DNA from: Paraspadella gotoi | Taxonomy: Eukaryota; Animalia; Chaetognatha | Reading direction: 5' to 3' | Assembly: GCA_051294375.1 (NCBI GenBank) | Contig: JBJCIZ010000239.1 | Location: 2,431,476-2,495,475 of the forward strand | Length of the DNA stretch: 64,000 nucleotides | Part shown: piece by piece, positions 54,310-64,000 of the stretch | Layout: each line of letters begins with the position of its first letter | Numbering within the stretch: position 1 is the first letter of the stretch | Notes under the pieces: generated by a model | The model's input: the letters and a program-made list of their open reading frames with translations, nothing else | What the model was told of the DNA's origin: nothing | Databases searched by the model: none | Position numbers and translations under genes: made by a program

Positions 54310-56157
54310 GGCTTTTTGTCGCCATTGTCCCTTTTTAAATACTCATTTATAAATTTTCGAGAACAAAAGACGCGGAGGTTGAAATCAACGTCTCCCTGTG
54401 CTCAAGTTAGTTTGTTCGTCGAAAAACAAAAAAAAATTGTGATGTCTTGCATGTTTTCGGACGGCATGACTTCTCTGCGATTCCCAAACTGAAATGCGGT
54501 TTTGCAATTTTATACTTAATATTTATCATGCATTTCTATTTACTCTCTGTATGCTATTGACTTTCATCCTGTTTCAATGTTAAATATTATGAAATCTTAT
54601 GACTTGTGAGATATTACTATGGAGATACACACCCTGTTAATGCTTTTATATTACAACGCCTTTTCAGGTTTCTTTTTATTATTATAAATTTATAGATCGC
54701 CTAATAGAATTGCTACGAGTTCAAAGTTACATTTATCTGGTTAATATTGTATTTTTAGTCGCAGCTTGTAGACTTGTCTGTAAAAATGGACATAATTTTT
54801 AAAAGTCTTTAAAACTGATATAAGTTGTTAAGAGTTTAAGCCATTCAAAAAAGTAATTCTATTAGCTGCGTTATTTTGTAATATATAAAAATGATTGCCT
54901 TTGAACGTCGTGCGTTACTTTGACAATGTAGCAAAAGCTAATGCTTTAATACTCTTATTCTTTTAGTTATTGCATAAGATAATTTTCTAGTCATTTATGT
55001 CTTATGACGATTATGTAATCATTATTTAATTTGTTTTTATTATTTTAGCTGTTTTATATAAAGCGATTTTGCAGTTAAAGCTTCTTATTGTTTCATCGTT
55101 TTGTGTCCCAATGTTGAGTGAGAAATTAATTAGTAATGAGATTAGTAATAGTTTATTTAATTAGGTTTTTCTAATTGTTGTTAAGGAAGGTTAATCTTCC
55201 AAGTTGTTGTAGTTGTTTACTTAGGAGGTTCCTACTTTCTTGGAACCAAAACAAAAAAAATTTCGCGGCGCTTTTTGGTAGTTGGTCATTCCGGTACTTT
55301 TTACGGAATCTTTTATTCTATTTTTAAGAATAAATGGGCGCGCATATTTTGGACTTTTTTAGTTAGTCATTAATGAAATAAAAAGTATGGAAGAGTTTAC
55401 ACGAAAAAACCGGCTAAATGAAATGTTTTTTTTTTTTTTAGATTTTCAATTAGATTGCGCTAGGTTAATTAAACTTAATTATTATACTAAAACGTTTTCC
55501 AATGGGGGAAAAATTGCTATGTTTTTCATCCTAAAAAACGATGCGCTTAAAAATTTCCCCACTTAACAACGGTCGATGATATTTTGCCCGCATAATGTCA
55601 TCCTTATTCTGTTCGGGAATGTTTCTTTTTGTTTTTTTGTTCATCTCGATACAACTCTTCCGATATTGATTTTCCTTCGTGCTAAAGTACTATTCAAGTG
55701 ATATCTATTGTTGTGAAGTTAATCCAACAACATTCCATTAGCAAAAGCATTTATCTTTTTCATGTTATTATTTCTTCATGTTGTCTTTTACATGGAATTA
55801 CCTCTTATTGTGCTACTGTTTCCTACGCGATTCTTCGCATTCCATTTGTATTTCCTTTTTTTACCAGACGACTATTTTGATTATTAACTCTCGAACTGAA
55901 GTAAAAAGATCTTTCAATGAACTTTGTTTTTATTTTGGTTGTTGTTTGTTTCCAAATAAACTATAACTCAAACTTGACGATTACGTTAATTGGACCAACT
56001 GTCGTCAGCTAGTGGAATTCATCCAGAAACCGCTCAAGCGTGATTTTCAATTTGTTTGGAAGCAGGAGAAGATATTTTGATCAAGTTTATTTATGTATTT
56101 TGCCACTCAGAAGCAATAGGCGTTAACCGACCGTCCGCCATGAATCCCAACTAAGAT

Positions 56158-59100
56158 ATGGAAGTTTCGGCGCAAATGACGAAACCGGAGAAATGGCGAC
56201 GTCCCGCCGTCGGACTCAATCACTGGGGCGCGCCCAACATGACTCAACGCATCGAATCGATGGCGACAAACTTGGCCGGCGTTGCTATCATCGACGGCGC
56301 CCACGATCCCAACATCGTGATGCCGCCTCCGGCCGGGATGGCATTGGCGCCACGTGCGTCCGCCACGTCGCGCGAGGATGAAACGAGTTCTCATACCTCC
56401 ACGGATCGCGCCGGTCAAGAGAGAAGAGAGAAAGAGAGAGAGAGAGAGAGAGAATAATATTTTTTTTTTCTTTTCCATTTCAGACGTGGCCATTCTGTCT
56501 AAGCAAAGTGATTCGCTGACTTTGCATTCTTCTTCCTTGGATTGGTCCACGCCCATCGCTTTTCTTGAAAAACGACATACTCAAGTGAGACTCGTTGTCT
56601 ACCTAGAATATTTATTTTTCTCGCGGAACCTCTCTCATCTTACAAAATTTTTCGGTCAAACCTTAGGAAATTGAGGGGTCAAAAGCGATGATAGATTCTT
56701 TGCGCGTGCGCGACCGCATGGTCAAGATGAAAACGGTCAGCGTTGCACTCGTTCTCTGCCTCAACGTTGGCGTGGACCCGCCCGATGTGGCTAAACCCAA
56801 TCCTTGCGCGAGACTCGAGTGTTGGTACGATCCCCTCGCCAACACTTCCAAAGCTCTGGAGGAGATCGGGGCTAAACTCCAACGCCAGTACGAGACTTGG
56901 CAACCGAGAGCCAGATACAAACAGAGCCTCGATCCCACAGTGCTGGAAATCACTAAAGTATGTTTTTAATTGTGAGGCCTTTTTGGTTTAATTCACATTA
57001 CCCATGTTATGCCAACCGCTTGTAGCTTTGCTCTTCATTGCGGCGTAATGCAAAGGAGGAACGGGTTCTTTTCCACTACAACGGCCACGGTGTTCCCAAA
57101 CCTACCGTGAACGGAGAAATATGGGTTTTTAACAAAAATTACACGCAATATATCCCGCTGTCGGTTTATGACTTACAAAACTGGATGGGCAGCCCTTCCA
57201 TCTACGTTTACGATTGCAACAATGCGGGCATCATCCTCGAATCCTTCAAGGCGTTCGCCAATCAAAGAGAGCAGGTCTGCCTTGAGGTTCGTAGTCTCGT
57301 GGAAGACGATGGCGCAAGTAGTTCACCGTCCGTTGCACTTTAGTCGGCGGCGCTACTGTCAGATCTACTGTTGGGTTAGACGTTCCGTCCCGTATGTATA
57401 AATATCAGGGCGCGAACCCGAGTGCTTTGGGTTGGGAGGAGTGTCGGCTACATCCGGCGCCAACGGTGCCCCTGATTCTGGGATGCGTGGCTGGGTATAA
57501 GTAATTGTCGACTTAGACGTGTATTTAGCGAAAAAGTGATAAATTACTGTATTCAATGTATTCATTTTATTCATTGTTTGCGACAGGAAATGCAAAATTA
57601 CGCGGCTGCCAACGACGGGGCTCACCCTCCTGGATCGACGGCTTCACTGTCTCACAAAAATTGCATTCAACTGGGAGCATGCCAGGCCAATGAGATTTTG
57701 CCCATGAACCCGGAATTGCCGGCGGATCTGTTCACGTCGTGCTTGACGACGCCGATCCGCATCGCGCTTCGCTGGTTCGTGATGCAAAATGCGGGGAAAC
57801 TCCTACCCTCTATTAGCGTCGAACTTCTCGACAAAATACCTGGTGAGAATGGCTGTGAATTTTTTCAAGTACTCTTCATTGATAACCAGATAGTTTAAAA
57901 ATCTTTTTCCGCCCTTCGATCCTTTTCAGGACAAATGAGCGATCGTCGCACGATGCTGGGTGAACTAAATTGGGTCTTCACCGCTGTGACCGACACGATC
58001 GCTTGGAACACGCTTCCCCGCGATCTCTTTCACAAACTCTTCCGCCAAGACCTTCTGCTGGCATCCCTCTTTCGCCACTTCCTCCTCGCCGAACGCATCC
58101 TACGGTCTTACAATTGCACCCCAATTTCTTCGCCAAAGCTCCCGCCGACGCACCAGCACAGCATGTGGCAGGCGTGGGACCACACTTTGGATCTCTGCCT
58201 TTCTCAGTTGCCTGGAATTCTTAAAGAAGGAAATACGTACAAACAGTGTTCTTTTTTCGCGGAACAGTTGACGGCTTTTCAGGTGTGGGCCCCTCACTGT
58301 GGGGGTGAAATTTTTAGAACGATAGATGATGAAAATTAGTTACCTCTCATTACCCCTCGGGTCAGGTTTGGTTGGGCCACGCCAATGAAAGTCGTAACCC
58401 TCCAGAACAACTTCCCATCGTTTTGCAAGTTCTTCTCTCCCAAATACATCGGCTTCGAGCGCTCGACCTTCTCGGGCGATTCTTGGATCTCGGTCCTTGG
58501 GCCGTCGGTCTCGCCCTCTCAGTCGGCATATTCCCTTACATACTGAAGCTGTTGCAGAGCAACGCGAGGGATCTCAGATCTTTGTTGGTTTTTATTTGGG
58601 CCAAGATTCTCGCCGTGGATTTTAGTTACCAGGTTGGCATATAAAAAGTCTTAGAACACTTTGGTCTGCGTTCGGATAAAAACTGGTCATTCTTATTGAC
58701 CACTACGGGTCGTTGTATTCGTCGTCGTCGTCTTTATTCGAAATTGAGCTCCCAAACTCGTTAACTTTCTTTTTACGGTCCTCCCAACTTCCAGGCGGAT
58801 CTTGTAAAGGACAACGGGCATCGTTATTTTTTAGCCGTTCTCAGCGACCACTTCATGCCGGCTGATCGACGCACCATGGCCGCTTTCATCCTCGCCACCA
58901 TCGTCCGCGATTACGATCAGGGCAAAGAGGTCGCTCATCAGGAACTCATCGCCACCTGCATCTACCAGATGACGGACGAGCACGCTCATCTGCGCCAGTG
59001 GTTGGCCATTTGTCTGGGCCAAGTGTGGAACAAGTATCCGATGGCCAAGTGGGTCGGAGTCCGTAACAACGCCCACGAGCAGCTTTTCGAACTACTGGAG

Positions 59101-62021
59101 GATGACGTGCCGGAGGTTCGAACGGCAGCCGTTTTCGCTCTCGGCACTTTTGTCGGCAACGTGATCGAACGGACAGACCACGCCAATCACGTCGACCACT
59201 CCGTCGCCCACAAACTCGTATCCCTCGTTAGCGACGGGTCGCCGATGGTGCGACTCGAACTCACCGTTGCGCTGCAACACTTGGTCTTGCAGTTTGAACC
59301 GAGTTTTTGCCAGGTGGCGGCTCAATTTTTAGAAGAAGAAAGACTCCTACGGGAGAATACTTGGCACGGAGGATTGAGCGCTTCCACGAACAGCACCGCG
59401 GCCGAGACGCCCACCCCCTCTCGTGTCGCCAGCGGCGGCGCGCTGAGTCGCATGTGGGGTTCCATGAGTTCTTACTCCTCTACGGGTAACAATTTTGAAG
59501 CGGGCCCCGCTTCTCCACTCGGCGGGGCGGGCGGGGTCGAAGGTTCTTTCGACGCCTCTGTCGGGGAAGTTACTCCGACGTTTGGAAAAATTCCTCGAAA
59601 CAGTTCTTCCTCTTCGCTATCGACGATTTTCACCGGGTCCAACGTTTATCTCAATGTGTGGAAGGCCCTCATCAATCTCTCAACTGATCCTGACCCGAAA
59701 GTCAATGATTTCGCCGGCCGCGTCGTGAGTCACGTGAAAAACGCTCTCAGAGACGCCGACACCAATCGGCGCCGTCAATCGTCGATTCCCGCGGCGTCCA
59801 AAGTCGCCGACATCGCCAAGACCCCGTGCTTCTCCGCGCCCTCTTCGCCTTCGAACAAAGCCTCCCCCTCCGCGGGCGGGGAAATGGTGGTGGGCTCGTC
59901 CAAGGCCTCTTCCAACCTTCAACAACAGACCCTCACTCGTTCGCAATCTTCCTTGAATAACCCCTCTTCATCCCCTGCTACCAGTCACACTCTGCCCCGT
60001 AACTCTAGCTCCTCGACCATGTCGTACTCGACCAAGTTCACGGGTCGACGCGGCGTGTTCGAGGGAATGCCCGAAGAGTCGGTGCTCAGAGGCGGCGGGG
60101 GCGGAGGAGGAGGATTCGCCGGCGCCAAGAAAAACTTTGTTCCTCGAGACCCGTTTCTGCAGAGCGAGTTTTGCGCCTGGTCTTGCAAGTATTTCGCGCA
60201 ACCAGTCTTCAAGTTGGCTCAGGAGGAAGATCCGGAGGGAGCGATGAGGTTCGACAAGGAATGGAGATTCGGAAGGAACGCCAAAGTCAGAATGGCCGCG
60301 AAAGCCACGGTCATGCAAGGCGAGTCTATGGATTCACTAATTATCTTTGGTTTTTTTTGTTTTTTTTTTTCAATGCATTAGTAACTTCGTAATAATTATT
60401 TAAAAATCATTATCGTCTCGTTTTAAAGGCCATTATAAATTAGACGAAGAAGTTTTCATCAATCGCAACCTCTGCGTCCCGACCCTCCTCAAATTCCATC
60501 CTTTCGAACCTCAACTCGCCGTCGGTGATAAGGAATTCGTCTCCGTTTGGAATTGGGAGACGAATCAAAAAATCAATTCCTTTCCCAATCTCAATCCCAA
60601 GTACAGGTTGGACACTCATCTTGTTTAACAAGGGAGTTGGGAGTGTTTAGTGGCCAAATTAAATATATGAAATTGGTACAACCAATATAAAAATTATCCA
60701 TTCATTTAATAAATAAGCTATCTTGCCCCTGACTTTGGACATTTATGCGATGTATTAAGATGAAAGTTCGAATTAACGTTCGATATTTAAACTTTTTCGA
60801 TTCGATTTTGATTAGCCGGATGACGTCCATGGACTTTTTAAACTCGCACGACGTCACTCTGCTGTTGACCGGGAGTGACGATGGAACAGTTCGCATCTGG
60901 AGAGGATACGATTCTATTGAGGGATATTGCACAAACCTCGTTTCATCCTTCCAGGGTCTCTCGGACATGATCCCTGGTAGGACGGGTTATTCTTTGCTGA
61001 CAAATGTTATTCGTAATCTAATAGTTAAATAAATTTCTAATAAGACTAGTAATCCGGTCTTCTCCCCAACGTTGACATTTTGCCTATCTCCACCCTCAAT
61101 TTTATTGTCTCTTCAGGCACACGAAGCGCAGGTATGATATTAAACTGGAACCAAGACTCCTCTACTTTAATCGCTTCGGGTGACGTTCGTCACATTCGCC
61201 TCTGGGACGTAAAAAGCGAGAAAAGGCTTCACGACATTCCAACAGGTAGGTCCTCACGGAAATAAAAAAATAAATTGACATTTTATGCCATATATAACAT
61301 ACGGAATCAAAAATGACTACCTAGTAACTTCAGTTTCACTTGGCATTTTCACATTGTCTCGTTTTCTTTGTTTTTTTAAAAAAAACATATTATTTCTAAG
61401 GCGCGGACTCGTGCGTGACGTCGCTGGCCTGCGATCTTGGAACTCAGTCGCCTCTAATCATCGCGGGCTGCGGGGACGGCTCCGTCCGCGTCTTCGACAA
61501 AAGAAGTCCCCCGCAGGAGGCCAGGTGAGAGAATATTTTTGTTTCGTAGAGCCAGCTGCAGGATTTATAGATTACTGACTCTCCCCCCCCCCTTTTCCTC
61601 CCCCCTAATAAATCCTAAAAGGATAATGACTCTTCGCGAGCACGCGGGCTGGGTCGTCAACGTTCACTCTCAACGAGGAATCAACGGGAAGATCATCTCC
61701 GCCTCCGTCAACGGCGACGTTCGATTCTGGGATTCTCGAAATCCCGAATCCGTGATGCACATTCAGACGGACAGCAACATCCAGGCCTTCGAGGTCCACC
61801 CCATCGCCGCCATCTTCGCCTGCGGATCCATGCAGCAGATGATCAAGATTTACTCCATTTCCGGAGATCCCATTCACACCATGAAGTTTCACGAAGGGTG
61901 GATGGGACAACGTCTCGGACCCATTTCCTGTCTGGACTTTCATCCGTGGAAGGTCGCGCTCGCTTCGGGATCCACGGACTCTTTCATTTCGGTCTACAGC
62001 AGTAGTAGAACGAAGAGATGA
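56158..62021 (+). CDS. RPTOR: Regulatory-associated protein of mTOR (Raptor), about 13 exons
   Basis: [59 protein letters not shown] repeats, and WD40 tail ([12 protein letters not shown]; [11 protein letters not shown]). Exact start uncertain. Confidence 0.96.
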
Positions 62022-63021
62022 TGATCGGTTTATTAGAGGAATTTTAATTAGCTAATAAATGTTAAACGGTTGATTGAATACACGATGGTAGGCTGAAAGA
62101 TTTTGTTTTCTTTCCAATTTGGGACAATCTTTCGTGATCGAGATAGTGAAAATGGTATAAAGGCGCTGGGGGCTATTATTGAAGTTTGGTTTATTGTTTG
62201 TTGTCGAATAGTTTTGTTTTACTGAACGATTGCTTTTCGTCTTTCTCATGCTCATGTCGCTGTTTGAATGTTTGGGTTATTCAATATTTTAAATTAGAAT
62301 CAAATATGAAAATTACAAAATTACTTGTTTCATTCGTTTTTTTTTATTTAAAAACTTTTGATATATGGCAAGGGCTTAAAAAGGCTTTTAATTTGTATAC
62401 AATATTAATTGGTTATTCAATATATTTTATTTAAACGTCAAAATTCTTTATATAGACAGTTTTTCTGGAATTAGAGAGTATAATTTCTTGGAGGATTTTG
62501 AGTTTTTGAGGATTTGTATGGATTATATTAGTTATGTATATTATATATATATTATATAATATTATATTAGTGCTTAAAGTTCAACATTTTTTCATAGTCA
62601 TCTTTTCTTTGCACTCATTTCAAGCGCAATTAATAGAAAACTAGATTGGTTCTCCAGAGGCGTTCGAATTTTTGTGGCTTCGAGTTCGAATTCGAAATTC
62701 ATCCCCTACTTTCGTGTATTGAATTGTATTGCGTATTCTGTATCCGTCTTATTTCAATTCGGATACTCAATCAATTTTTAAGTTGCCTCGGATTGTCGTG
62801 ATCACTGCGTTTGCACTGTTTGTTACATCCGTATTTTATTTTAGAAATTATCGTTGGTACTATTTATGATTTTAAAAGATCATCGTTTTGGTCCATTTAC
62901 ATGTTAGGTTCCAGAAGAAATTTTCAAATTCTACTATAGTAGTTATTAACGATTGTTTTTTTTTTCAAACAGGATCATGAGTAAATCTTTAATCCCCGGG
63001 AACAGACGCTGCTCATAAAAA

Positions 63022-64000
63022 ATGGCCGAGTTCGATGTCTTCGTGGGAAACCACGCCATCATAAACTTGGAGATTTACGACCTTTGGCTCCGCGGTCTCA
63101 CACCCGAAGAAGCCGCCGATCGTTTTCTCTCCAACGAAGAATCTTTCCGAAGCGGTTCCGGAACTCGCGACGCCGGTTCTATTCAGGGTCCCCGCTCCAA
63201 GTCGTCCCAGGGCAGTTCCTTTCGCGGTTCCACCGCTCTCGGGTCTTCGATGGCCAGTTTCGTACTGGCCGACGTTTACGACCATTACCGAACTCTGGCC
63301 GTCCTCGAGCGCTTTCTCCAAAATCCCCCCAACCTCGTGGAACAGCTCAATTTTCAGCTGACGGCCCAAACCCAAGCGCTTCTCATTCGCAAATACTACG
63401 AGTACGACGAATCCGTCTTTCGCGAATTCGCCGGGAAAAAACTCTCCATGCGTTCGCGGAACAATTTGGACGACGCCAGCGACCGTCTCAACGTGAGAAC
63501 GAAGAGCTGTCGACGCCAGTTCGACAACGTTAAACGTATTCTCAAGCTGGTGGAAGACATGGACGGTTCCCTCGTGGATAACATCCGATCCAGCTTTCTT
63601 CTGCCCACCGATCTCGCCTCTCAGTACGCCTGCATGGTCTTCGTCATCAACAACCGGTTCGAACTGACGGGGAAGCGAAGACTCAACTACGTCACCTTCG
63701 CCGACATCGTCTTCTGCGCTCGGGAGATGATGACGCGGTGGACGGGCGCCGCCGACGACGGCGACGCCGATTTCGACCGCGAATTTCTCGTCGATCTTCG
63801 CGAATTGAAGACGATGGGGGATCGTGAGTCGCTCGAAGAGCACAAAGGCCTAGTCATGGCGGCGTTGCGGACGAAGACGGAGGAACGAGCCCTCGCCGAT
63901 TTGGAGGCCAACTTCAAGAACTACTCCCGGGCTTTGATCCACATCGCCTACGGACTCAATCACGGCAAAGAGGCCAGAGACCTTTTCGTTGATCTAGTCG
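63022..64000 (+). CDS. FIBP: Acidic FGF intracellular-binding protein (5' part, runs off the window)
   Basis: MAEFDVFVGNHAIINLEIYDLWLRG, REFAGKKLSMRSRNNLDD, KSCRRQFDNVKRI, NNRFELTGKRRL. Absent from the ORF track because there is no stop in the window. Confidence 0.93.
   Translation, partial: MAEFDVFVGNHAIINLEIYDLWLRGLTPEEAADRFLSNEESFRSGSGTRDAGSIQGPRSKSSQGSSFRGSTALGSSMASFVLADVYDHYRTLAVLERFLQNPPNLVEQLNFQLTAQTQALLIRKYYEYDESVFREFAGKKLSMRSRNNLDDASDRLNVRTKSCRRQFDNVKRILKLVEDMDGSLVDNIRSSFLLPTDLASQYACMVFVINNRFELTGKRRLNYVTFADIVFCAREMMTRWTGAADDGDADFDREFLVDLRELKTMGDRESLEEHKGLVMAALRTKTEERALADLEANFKNYSRALIHIAYGLNHGKEARDLFVDLV

Overview
This is eukaryotic DNA from an animal, probably an invertebrate, with a compact genome: GC/CpG-rich exons and short AT-rich spliceosomal introns. 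I can assemble 19 protein-coding genes by hand: a C2H2 zinc-finger gene, FKBP12, a RASA2/3-type RasGAP, MRPL22, PTCD3/mS39, CENP-S, BRF2, KAT8/MOF, CEBPZ/Noc1, ANAPC1, a DNAJC4-like J-protein, MsrB, MED11, SEC13, AKNA, harmonin/USH1C, a divergent eEF1B-gamma, RPTOR and FIBP (truncated by the window end). All 19 are on the + strand. Several stop-to-ATG gaps are only 51-182 bp, and most start codons sit just downstream of an unpaired pyrimidine tract + AG. This points to long co-directional, probably polycistronic and trans-spliced gene arrays. Also seen: two long hairpins containing AATAAA in larger gaps, recurrent uORFs, many AAG acceptors, one probable GC-AG intron, several MITE families and a Tc1-like remnant. 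Gene names come from my recall of family motifs, not from database searches. CDS coordinates span first ATG to stop including introns, and exon boundaries are manual.
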